A DNA stretch of 64,000 nt, from assembly GCA_947466425.1 (NCBI GenBank), contig CANIBZ010000008.1:6406-70405 (forward strand). The letters run 5' to 3'. The position numbers were made by a program, and so were the translations under genes. A model generated the notes under the pieces. It ran no database searches and had not been told where the DNA came from. It worked only from the letters and a program-made list of their open reading frames with translations. This document shows, one piece after another, positions 38,508 to 48,166 of this stretch (position 1 is the first letter of the stretch; every line of letters begins with the position of its first letter). The DNA is from Flavobacteriales bacterium (lineage in GTDB: Bacteria; Bacteroidota; Bacteroidia; Flavobacteriales_D; Sanyastnellaceae).

Positions 38508-39518
38508 ATGAAAATCAAGTTTGCCGTAGTCGGATGTGGAAGTATTGGGAAGCGGCACGTTGCTGTCTTAGATGCTAATCCGGAAATAGAAATTGTTGCG
38601 TTGTGCGATAGCCAAATTGAAACGGCGCGCGCACTTTCCGAGCTGTATGGAAATATTCCAGTCTATTCTTCTTTCGATGAAATGCTGAAGAATATTCAAG
38701 CCGATGTGATTAACGTAGTTACGCCACACGCCCTTCATTCCGAACAAAGCATTGCTGCATTGAAAGCTGGATTTAATGTTTTGGTTGAAAAACCTATGTC
38801 GCTTTCTGTTGAAGAGGCGAATCGCATGAACGATACAGCGGCGGCTTGCGGAAAGAAATTGTGGGTAGTGAAACAGAACAGATTCAATGTTCCTGTTATT
38901 CTTGCTGAACAAGCCATTCGCGAAGGATGGTTAGGGAAAATATTCATGGTGAAATGTGATGTGTTGTGGAATCGTTACCAAGGGTATTACGACGATTCTC
39001 CGTGGAGAGGAAAGATTGAAAAAGAAGGAGGAGCACTTTTCACACAAGCCAGTCACTTCATAGATTTACTAATCTGGTGGTGCGGAAACGTGGTAAGTGT
39101 GAAGGCGAAAGCGGCAACTCAAAATCACAGCATTGAAACCGAAGACAGCGGCGTTGCTGTTATGGAATTTGAAAACGGAGCGCTCGGTTCATTGGTTTGG
39201 ACTACCTGTGTTTACGAAAAAAACTACGAAGGAAGTATCACCATTATTGGTGAAAAAGGAAGTATAAAAATCGGCGGTGCTTATCTGAATAAAATTGAAT
39301 TTTGGAATGTTGAAGGACACGAATTGGATAGCAACATTGACTTCAACGACAAGCCCAATGCCTACGGAAAATACCAAGGAACAAGCAGCAATCACGATAA
39401 AGTAATTGCAGGAATTGTAAAAGAAATTCAAACGGGTATAGGCCAGAATGTAGAAGGGATAGAAGGCGTTCGCAGTATCGATGCCATTGAAAAAATTTAC
39501 GCTAACATATTGCAATGA
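38508..39518 (+). CDS. Gfo/Idh/MocA-family NAD-dependent sugar-nucleotide oxidoreductase (WbpB-like)
   Basis: KFAVVGCGSIGKRH Rossmann motif and EKPMSLS. Gene context: followed by a LbH acetyltransferase and a DegT aminotransferase. ATG at 38508 is preferred over TTG at 38490. Confidence 0.7.
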   Translation: MKIKFAVVGCGSIGKRHVAVLDANPEIEIVALCDSQIETARALSELYGNIPVYSSFDEMLKNIQADVINVVTPHALHSEQSIAALKAGFNVLVEKPMSLSVEEANRMNDTAAACGKKLWVVKQNRFNVPVILAEQAIREGWLGKIFMVKCDVLWNRYQGYYDDSPWRGKIEKEGGALFTQASHFIDLLIWWCGNVVSVKAKAATQNHSIETEDSGVAVMEFENGALGSLVWTTCVYEKNYEGSITIIGEKGSIKIGGAYLNKIEFWNVEGHELDSNIDFNDKPNAYGKYQGTSSNHDKVIAGIVKEIQTGIGQNVEGIEGVRSIDAIEKIYANILQ

Positions 39519-39973
39519 ACGAAGTGAAAAAATACACCGCGCAAATTCGTGACGTTCAATTTGGAACAAATGTGACCGTTGTTGAACCTGTGAACTTGTA
39601 CGAGTGTGAAATTGGCAGCGATGTGTTTGTGGGGCCATTTGTTGAAATCCAGAAAGGTGTAAAAATCGGAGACCGAACGCGCATTCAAAGTCATACTTTC
39701 ATTTGTGAATTGGTCACTATCGGATCGGATTGTTTCGTTGCACACGGTGTTATGTTTACGAACGATTTATTCAAAGAAGGTGGACCTTCCGGAAACGATA
39801 AAACCAAATGGTCTTCCACTGAAATTGGGAATCATGTTTCAATTGGTTCGAATGTCACATTGCTTCCTGTAACTATCTGCGATAACGTTGTTATTGGAGC
39901 GGGTGCAGTTGTTACAAAAAATATTATTGAACCGGGGGTTTATGTAGGAAATCCCGCAAAAAAAATACGCTAA
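39515..39973 (+). CDS. Left-handed beta-helix (hexapeptide) N-acetyltransferase (WbpD-like)
   Basis: 152 aa with hexapeptide repeats (IGSDVFVG, IGDRTRI, IGSNVTL, IGAGAVV). It overlaps both neighbours. Confidence 0.7.
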   Translation: MNEVKKYTAQIRDVQFGTNVTVVEPVNLYECEIGSDVFVGPFVEIQKGVKIGDRTRIQSHTFICELVTIGSDCFVAHGVMFTNDLFKEGGPSGNDKTKWSSTEIGNHVSIGSNVTLLPVTICDNVVIGAGAVVTKNIIEPGVYVGNPAKKIR

Positions 39974-41067
39974 TGCATATTCCATTTGTAGATCTTAAAG
40001 CGCAATATTTATCCATTCAATCTGAAATGGATAAAGCTATATTTTCTATTATTTCGAACACTTCATTCATTGGAGGACCAGCTGCAGACGCCTTCGAAAA
40101 AAGCTACAGCGAATTCATGGGCATGAAGCACACGATTGCTTGCGCGAATGGAACCGATAGCCTAGAAATACTTCTTGTGGCCATGGGTATTCAACCCGGA
40201 GACGAAGTCATTGTTCCTGCAATAAGCTGGATAAGCACAGCGGAAGCTGTTACAACCGCCGGAGGCGTTCCTGTTTTTGTAGATGTAAACGAAGATTTTC
40301 TCATTGACATTTCTAAAATAGAAGAGCGCATTACAAACCGCACCAAAGCAATTATTCCCGTGCACCTTTATGGAAATCCGGTTGACATGAATGCGCTAAT
40401 GGCGATTGCAAACAAACACGGGCTACTCGTTCTAGAAGACTGCGCGCAATCGCATGCTGCGACCATACACGGACAAAAAGCAGGCACCTTCGGACACGCC
40501 GCAAGTTTTAGTTTTTACCCCGGTAAAAACTTAGGTGCCTACGGCGATGCGGGCGGCATGGTTACCAACCACGACGAGATTGCGAAAATCGCCCGAGCCA
40601 TAGCGAACCACGGTCAAGAAGGAAAACACAACCACACCCGCGAAGGAAGAAATTCGCGCATGGATGGTATTCAAGCAGCTGTGCTAAATACAAAACTTCC
40701 ACACCTTGAAACATGGACAGAAGGACGCAGAAAAAATGCGCAGTTGTATCATTCAATCCTGAATGAAAATGTCGTGAAACCCATCGAGAGAGAAGGCTTC
40801 CGTCATGTGTTTCACCTATACGTCATTCAACACGAAGACCGCGACGGACTAATGGCAAAACTTAAGGAAGCGCAAATAGACACTGCTGTGCATTACCCCG
40901 TTCCATTGCCGTTGATGCCTTGTTACACTTCACGCTTCCATCACACCGAAGCTGATTATCCTGTTGCAGCAAGACTAGCGAAACGAATTCTTTCACTACC
41001 GATGTATTCGGAAATGACACATTATCAAATTGCCTACGTAGCCGCGCATGTAAATGCCAACTACTAA
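39973..41067 (+). CDS. DegT/DnrJ/EryC1/StrS-family PLP aminotransferase (WbpE-like)
   Basis: 364 aa. IPFVDLKAQY, GTDSLEI, and FSFYPGKNLGAYGDAG (PLP lysine). Confidence 0.85.
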   Translation: MHIPFVDLKAQYLSIQSEMDKAIFSIISNTSFIGGPAADAFEKSYSEFMGMKHTIACANGTDSLEILLVAMGIQPGDEVIVPAISWISTAEAVTTAGGVPVFVDVNEDFLIDISKIEERITNRTKAIIPVHLYGNPVDMNALMAIANKHGLLVLEDCAQSHAATIHGQKAGTFGHAASFSFYPGKNLGAYGDAGGMVTNHDEIAKIARAIANHGQEGKHNHTREGRNSRMDGIQAAVLNTKLPHLETWTEGRRKNAQLYHSILNENVVKPIEREGFRHVFHLYVIQHEDRDGLMAKLKEAQIDTAVHYPVPLPLMPCYTSRFHHTEADYPVAARLAKRILSLPMYSEMTHYQIAYVAAHVNANY

Positions 41068-42307
41068 AAAACATATCATACTCGTTAATTACGACTTCCC
41101 TCCCAATAAAGGAATTGGAGGAAGGCGCTGGGGTAAGTTAGCCAAAGAATTCGCAGAGCAAAATTGTATTGTGCACGTCGTAAAAGCCGATGCTATTAGC
41201 GATACAGACAAATCCGTATGGAGCGAAGAGGTGAACAGCATAAACATCATCGTGCACTCTTTGCCTCGATCTTACCCTCAAATTTTGCTTACACAACCGA
41301 AGAAATTCTTCGAAAAACTTCAATACCGAAAAGCGCTTAACGCAGTCAAAAAAAAATACAAAGGCACACCCTACGATATAAGCCTCGGTTGGGAAACACA
41401 TCTTGTTCCCAAGTTGAACGAACTCGTAAAAAAACATCCGATTGAATGGGTGTTCGCAACAGGCGCCCCTTGGGACATGCTTCGCGTTGTCGCAGAATGG
41501 AAAAAGGAACATCCTTTCATAAAGTACTGGGCCGACTTTCGCGACCCTTGGCTGAACGCACGGAACTACGGGATGCCTTTTTTAAGTCCTGAAAAGAAAA
41601 AGGAAGAAGAAGAAAAAACACAAAGCGTAATTCAACACTCCGACGTTCTTTCTGCCCCGGCCATTCAAATTCTTGAACACTTTTCTTCCTTGAATTTTAT
41701 TCCACCAGACAATAAAAAATTCTTTCACCTCAAACATTTTCACTCTGAACCGAAACTAACCGAACAATCATTCGGGTTTTCTTCTCGAGAGATTACCATT
41801 GAATACGGAGGCGAAATTTATTTAGATACAGAGCCCTTTTTGGAAGAAATGTCGAAAGATCTCACAAAATTGCGCGAGTCCGATCCTGCCTTGTATGAGA
41901 GATTGCAGCTTAACTTTCATTCCACCAGCTTCGAAAAAATACAAGCTATTTTCAAGCACCATCCTTGTGTTCGCATCTCAGATTCCATAGGAAAGAAAAT
42001 CGAAGATCGCATTGCGCAAGCCCATTGGTGCATCATTCTGTTAGCTGACCACAACAAAGATTTCTTCACTACAAAGTACTTTGAATACCAAACGCTTGGA
42101 ACTCCCTACTTGTATCTTGGCGCAAAAGGAGAGGTGCTCCAAACCATAGAGAACGAAAACAGGGGAACAACTTGGGGTAATTTCTTCCAGTCGCTTTTGA
42201 AAAACGACCCGTTAAATAGTCGAACATTTATTCAAGAAGCCGACGAGAATAACTCACTTTCTTTCCGTGTGAAAGAAATGCTAGAACACATGAAATCCTT
42301 TGATTAA
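41054..42307 (+). CDS. Glycosyltransferase-like protein (GT-B N-terminal half recognisable; divergent)
   Basis: 417 aa. ILVNYDFPPNKGIGGRRW resembles a GT4 N-terminus, but I found no clear EX7E motif. Confidence 0.4.
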   Translation: MPTTKKHIILVNYDFPPNKGIGGRRWGKLAKEFAEQNCIVHVVKADAISDTDKSVWSEEVNSINIIVHSLPRSYPQILLTQPKKFFEKLQYRKALNAVKKKYKGTPYDISLGWETHLVPKLNELVKKHPIEWVFATGAPWDMLRVVAEWKKEHPFIKYWADFRDPWLNARNYGMPFLSPEKKKEEEEKTQSVIQHSDVLSAPAIQILEHFSSLNFIPPDNKKFFHLKHFHSEPKLTEQSFGFSSREITIEYGGEIYLDTEPFLEEMSKDLTKLRESDPALYERLQLNFHSTSFEKIQAIFKHHPCVRISDSIGKKIEDRIAQAHWCIILLADHNKDFFTTKYFEYQTLGTPYLYLGAKGEVLQTIENENRGTTWGNFFQSLLKNDPLNSRTFIQEADENNSLSFRVKEMLEHMKSFD

Positions 42308-42310
42308 TTC

Positions 42311-43492
42311 ATGAAAATTCTATTCTACTCTCCGCACCCAACACTATACTTCGACGCGCCCACTGGCTACGGAAGTCACATGCGCGGAATGGCGAATGGA
42401 TTTAGAGAAGAAGGACATACGGTTGAAATTTTAGTTCTTGGCAATAAACCGCTATCAAGAGATTCGTCTACTCAAACAAATTCCTTCAAATCAGTTTTAA
42501 AGAAAGTGCTCCCAAAAATCCTTTGGCGCACCTTGAAAGAAATTCAGCAAATTCGATTCGATAATCACGCAGCCAAAGAACTTCAAGAAGCCATACAAAC
42601 ATTCAAACCGGATCTGGTTTACGAACGTTCCGCATGGATGAGCAATGGAAGTGTTGAAGTTCTGGAGCCCTTCAAAATAAAGCACATTGTAGAAATTAAT
42701 GCTCCGTTCGAGGAAGAAGTAAAAGAATTTGAAAACGCATCTTCCTTCATTGCATTCATTGGCAAAAAGAAATTGAAAAACTTGTTACAATCAGCCAGTC
42801 TTATTGCACCCATCACAAGTTCACTTCAAAAACACATAGTTAAAAATTACGATATCAATCCAGGTCAATGTCTCGTAGTTCCTAATGCCATTGATAAAGC
42901 AGAAATTCAGATCACGCATTCACGCGTTGAAGAAATTAGAAAAGCATTAGACTTAACGAATAAGACAGTGATCGGTTTTGTTGGATCTATTTTCCCTTAT
43001 CACGGCGTTGACAGGCTGGTTCAAGCCATTTCAAATTTGAGCAATTCCAATGTCGCTCTGCTCATTGTTGGAGACGGCTACCTCATTCCTGAATTGAAAG
43101 AACTAACGCAAACACTTGGAATTTCTTCAAGCGTTCATTTTACCGGATCGGTTCCAAAAGAAGACGTCTACAATTACATAACAGCCATGGATGTAGTTAC
43201 TCTTCCGAATACCGAGTGGTATTGTTCACCAGTGAAATTGTTTGAATACGGAGCGCTTGGAAAAATTGTTTTGGCAGTAAACGAAGCCGGCGTAAGTGAT
43301 GTTATGGCTGAATCAGATGGGGTGCTTTTTGAAAATAACGAACGTGATTTTCAAAAAGCATTGGACCTAGCTGTTTCTAATTTGAATGAATTGAAAGAAA
43401 AAGCTAAAGCCTTTCAGCATAAAATAACTGCGAATCACACCTGGAGCGCAAACGCAAGAAATATTTTGAATCAACTCCATTCGCTCAAATGA
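42311..43492 (+). CDS. Glycosyltransferase family 4 (GT-B)
   Basis: 393 aa. GFVGSIFPYHGVD, LLIVGDG, and the EX7E-like SPVKLFEYGALGK. Confidence 0.8.
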   Translation: MKILFYSPHPTLYFDAPTGYGSHMRGMANGFREEGHTVEILVLGNKPLSRDSSTQTNSFKSVLKKVLPKILWRTLKEIQQIRFDNHAAKELQEAIQTFKPDLVYERSAWMSNGSVEVLEPFKIKHIVEINAPFEEEVKEFENASSFIAFIGKKKLKNLLQSASLIAPITSSLQKHIVKNYDINPGQCLVVPNAIDKAEIQITHSRVEEIRKALDLTNKTVIGFVGSIFPYHGVDRLVQAISNLSNSNVALLIVGDGYLIPELKELTQTLGISSSVHFTGSVPKEDVYNYITAMDVVTLPNTEWYCSPVKLFEYGALGKIVLAVNEAGVSDVMAESDGVLFENNERDFQKALDLAVSNLNELKEKAKAFQHKITANHTWSANARNILNQLHSLK

Positions 43493-44634
43493 AGATTTGT
43501 CTGCTTACCGACGGGATTGCACCGTATGTCACTGGAGGCATGCAGCGACACAGTTTCAACTTGTGCAATGAATTACTGAAGCAAGGAAATGTAGTGACAT
43601 TGGTGCATTGTGTGTACGGGAAAAGTGCACTTCCGAAACAAGAGGAAGTCAAAGAGCTTTTCGAAAATTCTAAAGATTTAACCGTTTACTCCCTTCGCTT
43701 CCCGGAATCTAGCGGCATGCCAGGACATTACATCAAAGAATCTTATCAATATTCTCTTGCAATAACATCTCTGCTAAAAGACAAATTTCCACAGTTCGAT
43801 CTAATTTACGTGAAGGGATTTAGCGGATGGGATTTATTGCAACAGCGGAAAAAAGGCATCATCAAAACAGGTCCAATATTGATGAATTTTCACGGATTGG
43901 AAATGTTTCAGCAACCAGCATCATTCGCAGAGAGATTGAAATCATACCTCTTGAAATCACCTGTGAAATGGAATTTAGCGCATGCCGACTATTGTATTTC
44001 CTACGGTGGAAAAATAACATCTCTACTTACTCAAATTGGCATTCCAGATTCGAAAATAGTTGTGCTTCCCGGAGCGGTTAGCGATAATTCACTCCTCGAA
44101 AAAAGAAAACTTCCTATTAACTCTAAATTTCTCTTTGTGGGAAGATACGAGCGCAGAAAAGGTATTGAAGAACTCATGCAGGTTGTGACTTCCATGCCTG
44201 ATCTTGAAATTTCTTTTGTGGGCCCCATTCCTCCTTCCGAAAAAATTAAGAGAAACAACGTTCATTATTATGGAGAAGTGAAAGAAGTAAGTGCCTTGAA
44301 CAAAATATTCGATGAACATACTTTTCTCATTGCTCCTTCACATTCAGAAGGAATGCCCAATGTAATTTTAGAAGCCATGAGCCGAGGGCTTATTCCCATG
44401 GCCACCAGGGTTGGCGCAGTGGAAGAACTTGTAGACAACAGCAATGGATTTCTCTTTGAACCTAAAAGTGTTGAAGCCATTCGTGCGAATATAGAATTAG
44501 CCCAATTGCTCGAAGTTGAAGCTGTTCTTGAACGATCGTCCAATTCAATAAATAAAATTCGTACAAACTTTACTTGGTCACAAATAATCTCGCAAACCAT
44601 AGAAAATTTTCAGCGAGTGGTTGAAAAGCCTTAA
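43489..44634 (+). CDS. Glycosyltransferase family 4 (GT-B)
   Basis: 381 aa. GGMQRH, FVGRYERRKG, and SEGMPNVILEAMSRG (EX7E). Confidence 0.8.
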   Translation: MKICLLTDGIAPYVTGGMQRHSFNLCNELLKQGNVVTLVHCVYGKSALPKQEEVKELFENSKDLTVYSLRFPESSGMPGHYIKESYQYSLAITSLLKDKFPQFDLIYVKGFSGWDLLQQRKKGIIKTGPILMNFHGLEMFQQPASFAERLKSYLLKSPVKWNLAHADYCISYGGKITSLLTQIGIPDSKIVVLPGAVSDNSLLEKRKLPINSKFLFVGRYERRKGIEELMQVVTSMPDLEISFVGPIPPSEKIKRNNVHYYGEVKEVSALNKIFDEHTFLIAPSHSEGMPNVILEAMSRGLIPMATRVGAVEELVDNSNGFLFEPKSVEAIRANIELAQLLEVEAVLERSSNSINKIRTNFTWSQIISQTIENFQRVVEKP

Positions 44635-45886
44635 TTTCACTGCAAAGTTTAATTTAGTGAAGAAGGAGCATTTCAAAGGCCTTGATAGTTTGCGTTTTTT
44701 CGCTGCGTTGGCGGTCTTCTTCACTCATGTTGAATTAATTAAAAAATTCACTGGATTTGGAACTCATTGGATTGACCCTGAAGAAAGAATAACCAAGTTT
44801 ACTGTTTTTCAATCTGTGATGTCGAAGGAAATTGACCCAATTTCTCCGTTAATTGCATACAGCAGCGCATTAGGCGTTGTTTTCTTTTTTGTGCTGAGTG
44901 GGTTCCTTATCACCTATTTACTCTTAAAAGAAAAAGAATCGAACAACTCCATAGCCATTGGAAAATTTTACTTGCGAAGAGCCTTCCGCATTTGGCCGCT
45001 GTATTATTTAATTTTTATTCTCGGGTTTTTCGTACTTCCTTACCTCGATGTTTTCGCAGTTCCCGGCCAAGACATTTTCTTTCAGCAGAATTTTTGGGGA
45101 AATCTGTTGCTATACGCTTTCTTCATGCCAAACCTAGCGTTTGCCATCTATACCACTGCTGTGCCAAACATTGGCCAATCCTGGTCAATTGGGGTGGAAG
45201 AACAGTTCTATCTCTTATGGCCTTTGCTCATAAGAAAAAGTAAAAATGTACTCAAATCCATTCTTTGGATAGCAGGAACAATCATCGCCTTAAAAGGATT
45301 TATACTTCTTTCTGCGCCTTTTGTAAAACTTGATGCTCTCGTGGTTCTCAAGAAATTTCTTGCCATGTCCAAACTTGAATGCATGGCTTTAGGGGGCTTG
45401 GGTGCGTATTTGCTTTTCAATAAAAAAGAACAATTACTTCGCATTATCTATAAAACAGTGTCACAGATTTCGTCGGTAGTCATGATTCCCATTCTCATTT
45501 ATTTCATCCCAACGGCGCTTGAAGATATTCTTCATTTGCTTTTTTCAATTTCCTTCTTGGTTGTCATTTTAAATGTTGCGGGTAATGAAAAATCATTATT
45601 CAAATTTGAAAATCGAGTTCTTCAATATCTAGGAAGAATATCTTATGGATTCTACATGTTCCATGTTATGTGTATTGTCTTCACCATTCATACTCTGGAT
45701 AAATACATTGGACTTGATAACGATATTACTACTCCACAGCACATCCTTTTATACGGCATTTCATTCTTGCTTACGGTAGCCGTATCTTCGTTAAGTTATC
45801 ATATTTTTGAAAAAGCATTCATTCGTCTAAAAGACAAGTACGCACAACCCAAACTAACGACCGAAATCGCACAAGAAGATGTTTAG
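44621..45886 (+). CDS. Acyltransferase family 3 membrane O-acyltransferase
   Basis: About 420 aa, multi-pass. GLDSLRFFAALAVFFTH N-terminal motif and SWSIGVEEQFYLLWP. The start is non-ATG (TTG 44621 or GTG 44657). Confidence 0.8.
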   Translation: MKSLNFTAKFNLVKKEHFKGLDSLRFFAALAVFFTHVELIKKFTGFGTHWIDPEERITKFTVFQSVMSKEIDPISPLIAYSSALGVVFFFVLSGFLITYLLLKEKESNNSIAIGKFYLRRAFRIWPLYYLIFILGFFVLPYLDVFAVPGQDIFFQQNFWGNLLLYAFFMPNLAFAIYTTAVPNIGQSWSIGVEEQFYLLWPLLIRKSKNVLKSILWIAGTIIALKGFILLSAPFVKLDALVVLKKFLAMSKLECMALGGLGAYLLFNKKEQLLRIIYKTVSQISSVVMIPILIYFIPTALEDILHLLFSISFLVVILNVAGNEKSLFKFENRVLQYLGRISYGFYMFHVMCIVFTIHTLDKYIGLDNDITTPQHILLYGISFLLTVAVSSLSYHIFEKAFIRLKDKYAQPKLTTEIAQEDV

Positions 45887-47150
45887 ATGGTTTACAGTTA
45901 TTTCCATTTTCATTTCCATCTTTATTTCGTCGTATGTTTTTTTTAAAGAACCTTTCGAAGCCTACGTAAGTTACTTGGCCTTCGTTATCTTTTTCCCCAT
46001 CTTCTTTTCGAAATTCGGCCTGCCTCGTTGGCCTGTTCTTTTGTTTTTTCCCCTGCTCATTTCAGGAATTGTTTATGTTGCAATCGGACAAAACACGTCC
46101 ACCATGTTTACTAAAATCTTCATTGGATTTTTCGCATCGGTCCTCTTCTACCACTATGTTATTCAGGTTTTCGATTTCAAGCTGAAAGAGCTCTTCAAAT
46201 ACTACATGGTAGGCTCACTTATTCTTTCATTCATCGGAATTTTCCAATTGATTTCCTATTTCGTTGGTTTCACACCTGGATACAACTACAATTGGTTGTT
46301 TAACAAATGGAGTTTAACTGAGGGGGGAATTGGGTTGCGTTTGAATTCTGTTTTCTCTGAGCCTTCTTATTTCGCAGCTGTTATTTCTCCTGCATTTTTC
46401 GTTTCTTTATACAATACAATCGCTCGGAAAACACTGTTCATTAAGCGGTGGCATGGCCTAGTTATTATTGTAGCTTATTTGCTGACATATTCGAGCTTAG
46501 GTATTATTGGTATTTTCGTGGCTATTGTTCTTTTTCTGTTGAATCTAGGCGTTGTAAAATACTCCATCATCTTCGTCCCTCTATTCATTTTCTCATTCGA
46601 TTACGCTTACAAAAACGTACCTGAGTTCACCGACCGATGGGACGGAACATTCACCATGTTCGAAACGAAGAACTACAAGAGTTACGATATTCACGGTTCA
46701 AGTTTCGTATTGTACAACAACTATCAAATCGCGCTTGAAAACTTCAAACGTCATCCGCTTTTCGGAACGGGTCTCGGCTCTCACCCGATTGCATTCGATA
46801 AATACTCCCTGACCAATCTAACTGGAGCAGTAGACATTGAGTTCAATAAGATGGATGCAAATTCTATGGCTCTTCGTCTCATGTCTGAAACAGGTATCTA
46901 CGGGTTGTTTGTCATGTTTTTCATTCTATTCAAATGTTGGATTTTCAAACAGCGGGCGGCTTCAGAAGAACATTGGGTCATGTCGAATGGAATTGCACTG
47001 ATTATCATTCTCTACCTCGCAAGGCAAGGTCACTATTTCCTTAACGGATTCCCATTTTTCTTGTGGATGTATTTCTATTTAGCGAAGGACAATAAGATTG
47101 AACTCGCCGCCCAAGAAGAAGCAAAAGCCAAGCTCGAAGCTGCCTCATGA
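45879..47150 (+). CDS. Wzy-like O-antigen polymerase / O-antigen ligase family membrane protein
   Basis: 423 aa with about 10 or more hydrophobic segments and a large loop (residues ~240-330). It is visibly very AT/T-rich and lies within the glycan locus. Confidence 0.5.
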   Translation: MFRWFTVISIFISIFISSYVFFKEPFEAYVSYLAFVIFFPIFFSKFGLPRWPVLLFFPLLISGIVYVAIGQNTSTMFTKIFIGFFASVLFYHYVIQVFDFKLKELFKYYMVGSLILSFIGIFQLISYFVGFTPGYNYNWLFNKWSLTEGGIGLRLNSVFSEPSYFAAVISPAFFVSLYNTIARKTLFIKRWHGLVIIVAYLLTYSSLGIIGIFVAIVLFLLNLGVVKYSIIFVPLFIFSFDYAYKNVPEFTDRWDGTFTMFETKNYKSYDIHGSSFVLYNNYQIALENFKRHPLFGTGLGSHPIAFDKYSLTNLTGAVDIEFNKMDANSMALRLMSETGIYGLFVMFFILFKCWIFKQRAASEEHWVMSNGIALIIILYLARQGHYFLNGFPFFLWMYFYLAKDNKIELAAQEEAKAKLEAAS

Positions 47151-48166
47151 AAATTTTAATTCTATATCGCGAATTAGCCGGATATACCGTGGAGTGTTTG
47201 AATAAGCTCGCCATTCAGCATGAGTTGTTAGTGGTTCATTATCCCATTAATCCCGAGGCGCCTTTCCATTTTCAAATCAATTCTTCCATTCAACTTGCAT
47301 CTAAATACGAGATTGATTTGAACACGATTTCTCAATTCAACCCAACATTCGTTTTATGTAGCGGTTGGAGCGATCAGCTATATTTGGAATGGATAAAAGC
47401 ATTAAAAACGCCTTCCGCTGTAGCTTTTGATACTATTTGGCAAAACAATTTAAAATTTATATTGGGAAGTTTTTATTTCAAATTGAAATATAAAAAGTTG
47501 TTTCATTTCGCATTCATTCCAGGACAAGCGCAAACATACACGGCTCGAAAACTAGGGTTCTCATTGAACAATATACTTAACGGATTTTACACATGCGAAG
47601 ATGTTTTCCGACTTCAACGAAAACCACTTACTGAAACTAGAGAGCTCTGGTGCATAGCCAGGTATATTCCTGTTAAAAACATCAACTTTCTTTGCGAAAC
47701 TTTTCTTTCTATACCACCGAATGAACGTTCGGGTTGGAAATTGAACATGGCTGGAACAGGAGAATTTTTTTCTTCACGAATTGAAAACGAAGCCATTGTT
47801 CATCACGGATTCATTCAGCCGAAAGAACTTAGTGAAAAACTTGCCAATGCTTCGGCATTCGTGCTTCCGAGCCTATATGAGCCTTGGGGAGTGGTTGTGC
47901 ATGAAATGGCTTCTCTCGGTAAGCCCCTTTTACTTTCAACGCACGTTGGCGCGTCGCATGATTTATTGGAAGAAGGGAAAAATGGTTTTTCATTCGATCC
48001 AAATTCTTCTTCTGAATTGAAAAAGATTCTTTTAGAAATATTTCATTCCACACAGGATGAACTCCAAACTATGGGGAAAAAGAGTTCCGAAATAGCTTTG
48101 AAATTTTCTTCCGATTATTGGGTAAATCAGTTCACTAAAATGCTCGAGCAATCATGTGCGGAATAA
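47147..48166 (+). CDS. Glycosyltransferase family 4 (GT-B)
   Basis: 339 aa. LPSLYEPWGVVVHEMASLGKP (EX7E region). Confidence 0.75.
   Translation: MKILILYRELAGYTVECLNKLAIQHELLVVHYPINPEAPFHFQINSSIQLASKYEIDLNTISQFNPTFVLCSGWSDQLYLEWIKALKTPSAVAFDTIWQNNLKFILGSFYFKLKYKKLFHFAFIPGQAQTYTARKLGFSLNNILNGFYTCEDVFRLQRKPLTETRELWCIARYIPVKNINFLCETFLSIPPNERSGWKLNMAGTGEFFSSRIENEAIVHHGFIQPKELSEKLANASAFVLPSLYEPWGVVVHEMASLGKPLLLSTHVGASHDLLEEGKNGFSFDPNSSSELKKILLEIFHSTQDELQTMGKKSSEIALKFSSDYWVNQFTKMLEQSCAE

Noticed and set aside
39189-39638. 149-aa minus-strand ORF
   Set aside because: It is antisense to the WbpB-like / acetyltransferase junction, has no recognisable motifs, and would break a tightly overlapping plus-strand operon.
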